Part shown: positions 49,040-58,487 of the stretch, in pieces | Position numbering within the stretch: the stretch's first letter is position 1 | How the letters are laid out: every line of letters begins with the position of its first letter | NCBI GenBank assembly: GCA_963708075.1 | Contig: OY970194.1 | Location: forward strand, 1,472,001 to 1,536,000 | Source of the DNA: Sedimentisphaerales bacterium | Lineage (GTDB): Bacteria > Planctomycetota > Phycisphaerae > Sedimentisphaerales > Anaerobacaceae | Length of the DNA: 64,000 bases | Direction of reading: 5' to 3' | Notes under the pieces: model-generated | Seen by the model: only the letters and a program-made list of their open reading frames with translations | Told to the model about the DNA's origin: nothing | The model's database searches: none | Position numbers and translations under genes: made by a program

Positions 49040-50302
49040 AAACCGCGGATGAACCCGGATGAACGCTGATAACGGGCCGGGACACGGCAACGGCGACTCG
49101 TAGGGGCGACTTTCAAAACCGCCCATGCACCTTTCGATTCTGAATTTGTTTCGGATTTCGGCCTTCGTGCTTCGGATTTCAACAAGACAGGGTGTGCACC
49201 GCACACCGATTCCGTCTGAACCGCTGAATATCATCCGCAGACACCGTCCTGAGCGAAGCCGAAGGATCAACGCCGATTTGCGCAGATTCCCAACTGACAA
49301 CCGTCCCTCACTCCGCACTCCGAAATCCGCAATCAAGAAAGCACATTCATCGTCCCGGCCTGATTCCTCCCGACGGACCCGGGCTGGGCGGCGGGGTTCG
49401 GCGGGTGAGCCGGTCCAACAGGTACTCCCACAGGAGTGGCCGACCTTGTGCAACCTCCACCGTGACCCAGTCGCGCATGCCGCTGTCGACGCCAACGCCG
49501 TGCTCGCTCACCCACTCGAATTTGCCGCGGCGCACCATGACGATGATCCAGTAGAAGCCCGGCCGTGAGAACTCCCGGTACATGGTGCGATTCCACCATG
49601 TGGAGTCGACCTCCACACAGCCGATGTGTGACAATTCCTCGCTGATCCGGGGAATGGATGGGGCCGTGTCTTCATTCTTCATTATTGGCGGGATACAGGG
49701 ATATCTTTCTCGCATCAGATCGCGGACTGCAGCGTGAGATTGATAGAGGACGTGGCCCACAGAACTGATGGAACCGCGAAATACGCAAACCACACGCGAG
49801 AGATGATTTCCGAACAGAGCTGCTCAACATGTCTCAACTCTCCCCGACTTCGCGCGGCCGCACTTTAGGCGAATCACTGGCCCGTCGAGGGTGATCTGGC
49901 TGACGGCCGGGCTTGCCTTCGCGTGGTTCGCGTATTTCGCGGTTAACAATCTTCCCTCTTTTCCCTTCTATCCTCACATTCCTTGTGGTTCACCGATGCA
50001 TGGGCGGGTTTGAAACCCGCCCCTACGAGTTTCGCTTCTTACGTTCGGCTATCAGTTCTCCGTGTGCTCGGTGCTCTGCGTGGTTGAAAACCTGGATTCT
50101 CGCCTGTGCGGAAATGACATCGATGGGAGATTGCCGCGCTTCGCTCCTAAGAAACTAACTGGCCGGGTGCCATGTCTACGCTTGCGTAGACATGTTCCAC
50201 TCGATGGGCAAGGCATGCTTACGCGAGCGTAAGCATGGCACCCAAACCCTCTGGTTTCTTCCCGACACCCGCCGCGCAGCGGCTGACCGACTCGCAATGA
50301 CA
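49040..50302. repeat. Mosaic of REP-like palindromes and 7-10 bp tandem micro-repeats
   Basis: Inverted GTAG-type pair (49097-49129 / 49997-50029); GGGTGCCATG doublet 50165-50243; CTGGATTC..AATGACA arm about 50092-50120; several short tandem arrays. Confidence 0.8.
49347..49793 (-). CDS. Possible hypothetical protein inside the repeat mosaic (start uncertain)
   Basis: Only non-repetitive ORF between the inverted GTAG repeats; Trp-rich; no recognisable motif. Confidence 0.3.
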   Translation of the reverse strand: MVCVFRGSISSVGHVLYQSHAAVRDLMRERYPCIPPIMKNEDTAPSIPRISEELSHIGCVEVDSTWWNRTMYREFSRPGFYWIIVMVRRGKFEWVSEHGVGVDSGMRDWVTVEVAQGRPLLWEYLLDRLTRRTPPPSPGPSGGIRPGR

Positions 50303-50406
50303 TACGGTGGGGAAAATTTTATGCGGCGGTTTTGGAGGTGGGTCCGAGAAAGATTGGGGTTGGGGTCGATGATTCGGGAGTGGCGATGTCGCGACGGGGG
50401 GCCGGC

Positions 50407-50435
50407 TTGACTTCGGGGTGCGGGCGGGGTAGAAT
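50407..50435 (+). promoter_or_regulatory. Putative strong sigma70 promoter
   Basis: TTGACT-N17-TAGAAT. Confidence 0.6.
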
Positions 50436-50561
50436 GAGGACACTGAATGGGGTGGACAAAGGCATCTCCTGTGCGACAGGCACAAGGTTTCCCACGGATG
50501 GCTCAGGTTTTGGGGTTTCTGTCGGCATCGTTTGGGGGCCGGGCAGAGGGCTAGGGGGGTA

Positions 50562-52385
50562 ATGAACAAGCAACGTACATACCTATTTGGCGGCTCACGC
50601 ATCGGCGGGCCTCGGGCACGAGCTTCCAGCGGCATCCTACGCTGGGTCTGGAGTTTCCTGACGATAGCCGTGCCGGGAAAGACGCCGTGGACTGCGGGCC
50701 TGATCGGCTTCGTGACATTCTTCGGCCTTGCGGGCGTTTGTGCGGCGGCCGAGTCCGGCGGCACGGCGGCTAAGGCCGCTCCACAGGCGACCAAGCCTGC
50801 AACCAGTAGCCAGGCGGCTGCACCTTCAGCGGGTCTCCGCGACCCACAGGCTTACATGCAGGAGCTGGCGGCGAAACTCCATCCATCGACCGACAAAGAT
50901 GTGCTCCTCAAGGGGACTGCTTCACAAGCGAACGGCTCTACTCAGCAAGGCCCGGCGACGGGGAAATCGCCGGCCGGCCGGGGCATGAGTCCATCATCGC
51001 CCGTCATCACGGCACAGGTGCTCCAGCCGGGACTCGACGGCAAGAAGGGCAAAGCGGCGGAGAAAGACACCCCTGCGCCCACGCGATTTATGTCTTTTTG
51101 GGATGATCCGTCGCTCAAGAGCGATCCAGGGGCGAACCTGATCATGGCATCGGAAACATCCGCGGCCGAAGAGAAATCTTCGTCGGCAGGACCGGTCGCC
51201 AATCAGCCGGCCCCGGCAACTCCGGCCGACCCGCGGGAGGAAATCCTCGGGCCGTTGGGCGTGACACTTGCTTCCATGAAGCCGGGGGTGACGCTGTCGT
51301 CGGACCCGAGCTTGATCCCGCCACCGGGATCCTCGGCGGCTAACTTCGCTGCGAAAGTGACGGCCGACGGTGCGACGCAGGCGAAAGTCGAGGACGAGAA
51401 AGAAGCCGAGAAAGCGGAAAAAGAACCCTGGTCCCTGGGAACGGACCTCGATAAGTATCGGGCTCACGCGGTCCGCGAGGGCTCGCGGGATTCCGGGCAG
51501 AATATCAAGAAGGCATTCGAGCGGGCGGGATTGACCCTGGAGGATGGGGCCAACGTGTTTTTGTTGGGGTATGCGTCGGACCGGGGACAGCCGTTCAGGG
51601 CCAACGATGGGAAGGGGCTGCTGGATGAGCCCGGCAAGGTGCCGCAGCGGGCGGGAGACGCGGTGGGCAATGCGGGCCTGGGGCTGTACTCTGTGGCGGA
51701 CCTGATTCTGCTCAATGGGCTGCGCGACCCGATGACGGCCGCCTATGGGGACAACCATCCGGTGGTCCGGCCGCTCGTGTTCACCGGGCGGATGGTCGGC
51801 GGGGTCTGGAAGACCACGGAAGAGGTCGGCAATGCGGTCACGTGGGGGTACTTTGACAATTTCACCGGGACCATTGGGCTGTGCATTGAGGATATTCTGG
51901 AGTTGCTGAAAAACGCGGGCGAGGCGGTGACGAATATCGCCAGGGCGCCGGTCCAGTTGGTCGCCGGGAAGAACGAAGGGACGGAGCGGGCGATGGACTG
52001 GGTGCTGCTGGTGCCCCTGGAGTTCATCAGCAATGCGACGGAGATGAAGGGCTTCGCGAATATGCAGGATTATCAGGCGGCGTTCGAGGATAAGGGCGTC
52101 ATCGGATCCGTGGTCGAGCTGGGTGGGTCCAGTTTCCTGGTCTATCGCGGCGCCGAAGAGCTCGCCGACAGGCTGGATAACAAACATCACCACCGGCGCT
52201 GCGCCACCGCAGAGCCCGACGATCCTGGAACTCCTGACGTGCCACCCGACCCGGGCACACCACCCCCGCCACCGCCACCGGATGTAGTCTTTCTCCTCGA
52301 TGGCATGTGGCCGGTAGAGGGCGGATCGCCGGGTGCGATTCTCATCGACGGAGTTTGGACAACGATTAAAACCTGGCGGGAGTAA
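50562..52385 (+). CDS. Hypothetical exported/membrane protein
   Basis: N-terminal hydrophobic segment, long Ala/Pro/Ser/Lys low-complexity region, Gly-rich helical domain, poly-Pro tail. Confidence 0.75.
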   Translation: MNKQRTYLFGGSRIGGPRARASSGILRWVWSFLTIAVPGKTPWTAGLIGFVTFFGLAGVCAAAESGGTAAKAAPQATKPATSSQAAAPSAGLRDPQAYMQELAAKLHPSTDKDVLLKGTASQANGSTQQGPATGKSPAGRGMSPSSPVITAQVLQPGLDGKKGKAAEKDTPAPTRFMSFWDDPSLKSDPGANLIMASETSAAEEKSSSAGPVANQPAPATPADPREEILGPLGVTLASMKPGVTLSSDPSLIPPPGSSAANFAAKVTADGATQAKVEDEKEAEKAEKEPWSLGTDLDKYRAHAVREGSRDSGQNIKKAFERAGLTLEDGANVFLLGYASDRGQPFRANDGKGLLDEPGKVPQRAGDAVGNAGLGLYSVADLILLNGLRDPMTAAYGDNHPVVRPLVFTGRMVGGVWKTTEEVGNAVTWGYFDNFTGTIGLCIEDILELLKNAGEAVTNIARAPVQLVAGKNEGTERAMDWVLLVPLEFISNATEMKGFANMQDYQAAFEDKGVIGSVVELGGSSFLVYRGAEELADRLDNKHHHRRCATAEPDDPGTPDVPPDPGTPPPPPPPDVVFLLDGMWPVEGGSPGAILIDGVWTTIKTWRE

Positions 52386-52411
52386 TTCCAGACAACACAT
52401 GTCAGCCAAAA

Positions 52412-52486
52412 TCGGGGCGAGTGGATTCGAACCACCGACCTCTTGGTCCCGAACCAAGCGCTCTAGCCAAGCTGAGCTACGCCCCG
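52412..52486 (-). tRNA. tRNA-Pro (anticodon CGG), CCA not encoded
   Basis: CGGGGCGTAGCTCAGCTTGGCTAGAGCGCTTGGTTCGGGACCAAGAGGTCGGTGGTTCGAATCCACTCGCCCCGA folds as a cloverleaf. Confidence 0.97.
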
Positions 52487-52501
52487 GTCACCGAAAGGGT
52501 T

Positions 52502-52530
52502 AAGATAACATTATCGGCGAAGGAGTGCAA
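52502..52530 (-). promoter_or_regulatory. Putative tRNA promoter
   Basis: TTGCAC-N17-TATCTT with TGn extension, 15 bp upstream of the tRNA. Confidence 0.55.
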
Positions 52531-52531
52531 G

Positions 52532-54923
52532 TTATAACAGGTTCACCGGGTCAATATCAATAGCAATTTTTACAGCGGGTCGAATTGGCTTGTCGGACCG
52601 GAGGATGGTGAAGAGCTGTCGCATGCTGCCGGCGTCGGGGGTCTGGACGATGATCTGGATGCGGTGGAATCGCTCGATGCGACTGATTACGGCGGGCATC
52701 GGGCCGCGGATTTTCGCGTGCAGCCGCTGCTGCTGGACGATGGCATCGAGCCGCTGCCGCAGGGCGTTGGCCGCCGCCTCCAGCTTCTCGTACTTCTGAT
52801 CCCGCAGCACAACGATCGCCAGCCGCCAGCTCGGCGGCAGGTCGCACGCCTGCGCGGTGCTTCATCTCCTCCCGCACGAACCCCTCGAAATCCTGCACCA
52901 TCGCGAACTTGACCGCCGGCTGCTCCGGAAAGTACGTCTGCACGAACACGACGCCCCTTTTCTCGGACCGCCCCGCCCTGCCGGCCACCTGCGACGTCAG
53001 TTGAAACGTCCGCTCATTCGCCCGAAAGTCCGGCATATACAGGCACGTATCCGCGCTGACCACGCCGACCAGCGTCACGTTGGGAAAGTGCAGCCCCTTG
53101 GCCAGGATCTGCGTCCCCGCCAGGATATCGATCTTCCCCTGCCCAAACTCCCTGAGCAGCCGATAGTAATCCTGGCTCGCCATCGAATCGCTATCCACCC
53201 GCGCGACCCGCGCCTGCGGGAACCTGCGTCGCCAGCTCCTCCTCCAGCCGTTGCGACCCGACGCCGATCATGGTCATCCGCTTGCCGCACAGCGGGCAAT
53301 CCCGCGGCACCAGCGTCTGGGCCATGCAATAATGGCACATCGCGTACCCCTGCTCCATATGCTTGCCCGTGACCGTAGTCATATGTCGCCGAGCGGCGTC
53401 GGCGTCTTGTGAAACGTCAGCGACGCATCGCAATTTCGGCACTGCAGCGTGTGCTTGCATGACGAGCAGAACACGAAATTGCTGTACCCGCGCCGGTTCA
53501 GCAGCAAAATCGCCTGTTCCTTTCTCGCCAGCATCTGCGGCAGCTGCTCCACCAGCGGCGCGCTCAGCAGATCCAGCGGATGCTCCTTCAGCGCTGCTGT
53601 CCCGCATATCCACCAGCCTCATCTCCGGCATGGGCAAGTCCATCACCCGCTTCGGCAGCCGCACCAGCGAAAAGCTCTCCCGCGTTTGGCAGTTGTGCAG
53701 CGTCTCCAGCGACGGCGTCGCACTTCCCAGCACGCAATGCGCCCCGGCAAGCTGGGCCCGTTTGATCGCCACATCCCGCCCATGATATCGCGGCGCCGTA
53801 TCCTGCTTATAGCTCGGCTCGTGCTCCTCATCCACGACGACCAGCCCCAGCGTTCCGACCGGCGCAAAGATCGCCGATCTCGCCCCGATGACCACGTCCG
53901 ATCTCCCCCGCCCTGATCTTCTGCCACTGCTGGTTTCGCTGACCCGGACGTCAAACCCGAATGCAGCACCGCGACTCGCTCAAACCGGGCACTGAATCGC
54001 TGCACCGTCTGTGCGGTCAGCGCAATCTCCGGCAGCAGCACGATCGCCGCCTTGCCCTTGCGCACGACCTGCTCGATCGCCCGGATATAGAGCTCGGTCT
54101 TGCCGCTGTCGGTCACGCCGTGCAGCAAGGTCACGCCGAATCGCCCGGTATCGATCTGCCGCGAGAGATGGTCCATCGCATTGCGCTGGTCCTCATTGAG
54201 CGTAACCTCCTCCGCCTCGCTGCTCATCCCCTCAGGCACGACCGGCAGATCCCGTGAGCACCTTCTTCTCCACGATCCGGATGACCTGCTCATCGGCCAG
54301 GTTCTTGATCGTCGCCACGCGGCAATCGGCCTCCGTCAGCAGTTCCTCCAGCCCGACCGCCGACTCCGGCGGAGACCGCCTGACGCTTCCGCAGTACCGC
54401 CACCAGCTTCCTTCTTCTTCGGCCCTTTGACCGCATCCAGGACTTCGTCCGACATGGCCAGGTAAACATACCGCCGCCTCTTCACCCCCGCCCCTCGCTT
54501 CACCGCCCCCGGCACCATCGCCGACAGCACCTGCCCCAGCGGGCAGACGTAGTAATCGCTGATCCACCCGGCCAGTTCCATCAACTGCGGCCCCAGCAAA
54601 GGCTCCTCATCCACCACGCGCCTGACGGACTTGAGCCCCCCGCCTTCGCCCTTGCCGCCAAAAGCCCTCTCCGCCGGCACATCCGACTCGACGCAAAAGC
54701 CCATCTCCAGCTTGTTGCTCTTGCCGAACGGCACCTCGACCCGCCGCCCCACCTCGATCGGCCAGAACTCGTCCGGCACAAGGTAATCGAACTCGGCGTC
54801 CGCCCCCGACGACTCCACCGCCACCCGGATCACATGCGAGCCGCAAGGCTCCTCAGCCTTCCGACGCGAGAAATCGTCCGACGTATCCACGAACAGACTT
54901 GACGTTACTTCTTTACCAGCCAT
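52532..54923 (-). CDS. priA: Primosomal protein N' (replication restart helicase), split by several frameshifts
   Basis: Fragments carry FDYLVP/VEVPFG, LHGVTDSGKTE, LLPEIALT, GARSAIFAP, VDEEHE, GSATPSLE, Cys pairs, GTQILAKGLHFPNV, QVAGRAGR, IDIDP. Confidence 0.93.
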
Positions 54924-55129
54924 AGCTTATAGCGTATTCCTAATACCTCCCGCCCGGGCGATAGAATACCGTTCCGCCCTGCCGCCAGTCAAGCAGAAGT
55001 TGCTCTTGACAGGCAATCGGATAGCAGCCAGGGAAATCGCCGGCTGTGCTACATGAACGAAGTGGACCTGGTGGACGAGGCAAAGCTGGCAGGGCGTCCA
55101 CCGAGTCCACTCCGTCCACATCATCAACC

Positions 55130-55219
55130 TACCTGCTCGATAAACATATCCGCCGCATGGAAAAGGACTTCCTCAAAGACGGCCGCCTCCGCGAACGAAT
55201 GACCCGGGCCCGCCTGGCA
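55130..55219 (+). pseudogene. Remnant of a four-helix-bundle suffix-domain protein
   Basis: YLLDKHIRRMEKDFLKDGRLRERMTRARL resembles the suffix domain of IVP-type four-helix-bundle proteins; flanked by 9-bp GTCCAC/GTCC repeats. Confidence 0.65.
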
Positions 55220-55645
55220 GGCGGACCCATCATTGGCTGCGCCATTTGGGTCCTTTTCGTCCCTTGTGTCCCTTGATTCACTCAGACAGAAACTCTCCTC
55301 TTCGAGAATTTGTCCCAATCTTGTCATTTTTCGATTGCCTACTCTCCGTCTGTCTGCCATCTTGCACCCACGGAAACACCATCGTGTTGTGAGGAATCGG
55401 GAATGTCCGGCACCCGTGAATTATCCAGGTTGGCAACCAGGTATGGTGCCCCTAATAAGGGTGGTCTGGTAAGCCGGCAGAGGCATTTGAAAGAGTTGGT
55501 GTCGACCAATGACTCCTCTCCGAATTGCAGAGTTCTTCATTCCACGATGCCCGTAAATAACAACGAGGCCAAATGCAGTGCGGAAGCCAACTTACGCGAG
55601 TGACGTATGTCTTATTCCGCAAGATCGCAGGAAAGGAGAGAGACT

Positions 55646-56788
55646 ATGCTTTATTATGTCGAGGGGAGCGCCATCCTCACCGAAGAGGAAGTTCTGGAGG
55701 CAAGAACGTTGGAACGATTGTCCACGTTCTATCGTGACTTGGCGGCAGGGAAGAAACCGAAACGGCTGGCTTTCTCGACCGGGGAACTGACGGCGGACAA
55801 TGCTGTTATGGGCCCCGGCCCCAAGGAGACAGCGGTCGAGTGGAAACCGATCGGCCTCGGCTTGCCGTTCACGGTGATGATCAGAGAAGTCTATACGGGC
55901 AAGTTTCCTCAGAAAGGGCTTTTCGGCGGCAAGAAAGGCTTCCTCATCACGTCCGCCATCAAGAGCATTGTCTTTCAGGGTGCGCAGCCGCGCGCGGTCA
56001 ACTACTTAGCGGAAGACATGTCCCCCCGGACACATACGGAGCGTCCCTCCGCAACGTCGCCCGGGACGCCCGTGGTGTTCTACTCGCCGGCCGTAATCGA
56101 AAGATCGTTAACCCTGGACCTCACAATGATATTCGACACCTTCCCTCAGGAGGCGTTCAATCAGGTTGCTGAGGGATTCAACGCTGCGGGGGCTATACCG
56201 GTCTTCCAGGTGTACAGCACCTACATTCTGGCCGCCGGGCAGCTTGTCAAACTCTTTGGAAGAGCAGGCGAGGCCATCTTTGATGGCAAGCCGGCGTTCT
56301 CCTCTTCCGACCCGCTCGACGTCTACCTGCCGGGCTCTCCTCCGCTTCGTGCGGGCTTCCGCCTGATTACCAGCGGGAATGTGGATTCTATCGACAAGGA
56401 TTTCCGCGCCAAGTACCAGATCAACGATCTGGGCAAGGTCGTGGATAGTTCCGGAAACCAATATGATGGCGACGTCCCCTACGTTGTGATCAGCGTTGAC
56501 GGCACTCTGCAGGAAGAGTTGACGTCTTTCGTCCCAAGCGCTGCCGGCACGGCGATCATGTCACGTTTCTTCGGCATCAAGGACGGACAACAACAGCCTG
56601 TGAATATGGTGATCGACGCGATCAAGCTGTACAATGACCTGGAATACCGCCGCGAGGTAGATCGGTTGGACAGGCGACTGAAAGAACTGCCCGCAGGTGA
56701 CCCGGACAGAGTGAACATCGAGAAAAGAAGAAATGCCATGGCCACCAATATCATCGAGGATCTCCTGAAACCCAAGGCAGAGGCATAG
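55646..56788 (+). CDS. Hypothetical protein (380 aa)
   Basis: Intact ORF with GGAGAG RBS; no recognisable family. Confidence 0.8.
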   Translation: MLYYVEGSAILTEEEVLEARTLERLSTFYRDLAAGKKPKRLAFSTGELTADNAVMGPGPKETAVEWKPIGLGLPFTVMIREVYTGKFPQKGLFGGKKGFLITSAIKSIVFQGAQPRAVNYLAEDMSPRTHTERPSATSPGTPVVFYSPAVIERSLTLDLTMIFDTFPQEAFNQVAEGFNAAGAIPVFQVYSTYILAAGQLVKLFGRAGEAIFDGKPAFSSSDPLDVYLPGSPPLRAGFRLITSGNVDSIDKDFRAKYQINDLGKVVDSSGNQYDGDVPYVVISVDGTLQEELTSFVPSAAGTAIMSRFFGIKDGQQQPVNMVIDAIKLYNDLEYRREVDRLDRRLKELPAGDPDRVNIEKRRNAMATNIIEDLLKPKAEA

Positions 56789-56909
56789 AGTCACTGCCAA
56801 GAGAATGAAAGCCGGCTTTTGAATCGACGGTGACGCAGCGAGTTCGTTTGGCCAGAGCCAGACGGACTCGCTGTCAAGCCATGGGACAGGTTACGCATTT
56901 CGGGAAGTC

Positions 56910-57070
56910 GCCGTGCAATGCTCACGACAGCTGCGTCTGCTACCAGAAACTCGAGGACAACATCGAATTCATAAAGACCAAAGGGATCTCCGCTTTCGTG
57001 AAGAGCCAGCAGTCGAAAGAGGAATTGATAGCCGCCATGCTGGACGAATTCAACGAAGGCCGATCATCTT
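56910..57070 (+). pseudogene. Internal fragment resembling DUF3795-type proteins
   Basis: HDSCVCYQKLEDNIEFIKTKGISAF...MLDEFNEGRS; lacks N- and C-terminal parts; family recalled from memory. Confidence 0.45.
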
Positions 57071-57208
57071 GGATGACATCACTTTTGATAGGGGTGCCGC
57101 ATTGTGGACAGACGATGGCGGTAATGGTACTCTCCGCGGCAGAACCGTGCTATCCGCTGTAAAGCGGCGGAGGGCATGGGGTCCCCAGACTTCCGGGCCC
57201 GGACTGTG

Positions 57209-57811
57209 CTAGACTCGCCTCAGCCTGATCCCGGCATAGCCCAGCCCGAGCATACCAAGCAAAGCGGCGCCGGGGAGCGGGACGGGTACAGGAGCCGCCG
57301 GGAAGCTGAAATGGACGGGCAATTCGCCCAGCGCCTGAGGTATGGGATAGAACTGTCCATCGTTCGGATTGTACACCACAGGCCATGCATCAACGTGGAT
57401 CTCACCCAGCCCATGTGCCACGACATCATACGTCCCTCCGACGGGCACATCGGTCCCGGTGGGTCGTACCATCAGCATACAGGTAGCGATCTGCACGTCT
57501 GACATACCCGCATAATCGATAAAGTAATGGCTGGCGATGCTGGAAACATGTACGGCAATGACTGTCGAATCGTCGCCTGGCCCCACAGTCGCAGGATCTA
57601 TCGAAACGCTGTAGTTCCCGTTAAGGACGCCAGTCTTCGATATACTCGCCGAGAAGACCGCCTCGAAATTCGTGGTAATAGTGCCCAATGTTGCGCCGGC
57701 CAATGAGGTTTCGTCGACCCGCTGACAAACGATCTGTGAGAGATCGCCAAAGACAGGCCCGGCGGCCCATACGATCACAGTCGAAATCAGAAAAGCTCTC
57801 CCCAGTCTCAT
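57209..57811 (-). CDS. PEP-CTERM/VPLPA-CTERM-type exosortase substrate
   Basis: Signal peptide; C-terminal PVPVPLPGAALLGMLGLGYAGIRLRRV (motif, TM, basic tail). Confidence 0.85.
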   Translation of the reverse strand: MRLGRAFLISTVIVWAAGPVFGDLSQIVCQRVDETSLAGATLGTITTNFEAVFSASISKTGVLNGNYSVSIDPATVGPGDDSTVIAVHVSSIASHYFIDYAGMSDVQIATCMLMVRPTGTDVPVGGTYDVVAHGLGEIHVDAWPVVYNPNDGQFYPIPQALGELPVHFSFPAAPVPVPLPGAALLGMLGLGYAGIRLRRV

Positions 57812-58012
57812 TTCCCGCTCCTCCAACCAAATGCTATGTCCGAGCACACTGGCCATGGGCGCAACAAACGGCCCACAGTCACGCAATGTCTCTGTGAATG
57901 CGCTCCATCAGGTGAGTCAATCCACGCATGCCCGCCGGCACTCCGTATGCCGGGGTCGCCCGTCCTTGGGATACTGCTCCGCTTTGCTCCCTAAATAGCC
58001 TCAATTGCCCAA

Positions 58013-58041
58013 ATTGTCAGGTGACGGGTAGCCGATGTCAA
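58013..58041 (-). promoter_or_regulatory. Putative sigma70 promoter of the PEP-CTERM gene
   Basis: TTGACA-N17-GACAAT with A/T-rich upstream element. Confidence 0.5.
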
Positions 58042-58487
58042 GGAGAAAAATAAATTTCTGTGCACTTTTCTCGGATTCGTGGGTGACCCTACGCCCTCCT
58101 ATCAGGCCCCTGTCGCTCTGTTTTTGGTCCTTAACCAAGTTGGAGAAGGAATCAAGGCAGTCTGTCGGCGTATTAGAAGCTTAACGGATCGCAAATAATC
58201 ACTGATCAATTCAAGGGCCCGTGCCCGCCTCGTTGGGACACTTATTCCTTTTTTTCTCTTGCTCGCTCCGCGTCCGGCCGCCATAATGCCCCCAGAGAGA
58301 CACCCTTGATGAAGCTGCGACAATGCTTGAGGTCCAGCCGGCGTGGCCGGATGCGGTGAGGCTGTAATCAGCAGCATCTCCGCGAGATCTCGAGTCACGA
58401 GAGAAGACAAGACAGGGCAATGATGCGATGGGAGACTGTTGCGGTTTCCCTGGCAGCATGTATCAGCCCCATGCGGAGTGGTTTCTT

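Noticed and set aside
49040..50302. CRISPR array
   Set aside because: No identical direct repeats with regular unique spacers, and no cas genes; the repeats are heterogeneous palindromes.
6630..51000. Long antisense or alternate-frame ORFs (e.g. 6630-7898, 13166-14425, 18189-19520, 19279-20457, 34960-36699)
   Set aside because: Shadow ORFs of real genes, expected in high-GC DNA; no motifs of their own.
52412..52486. tRNA-Pro as an integration site of a prophage or island
   Set aside because: No integrase and no duplicated tRNA 3' end seen within the window.
52532..54923. priA as a true pseudogene or programmed frameshift
   Set aside because: All catalytic motifs are intact across fragments and the breaks look like small indels; the same pattern affects several housekeeping genes, so sequencing error is more likely.
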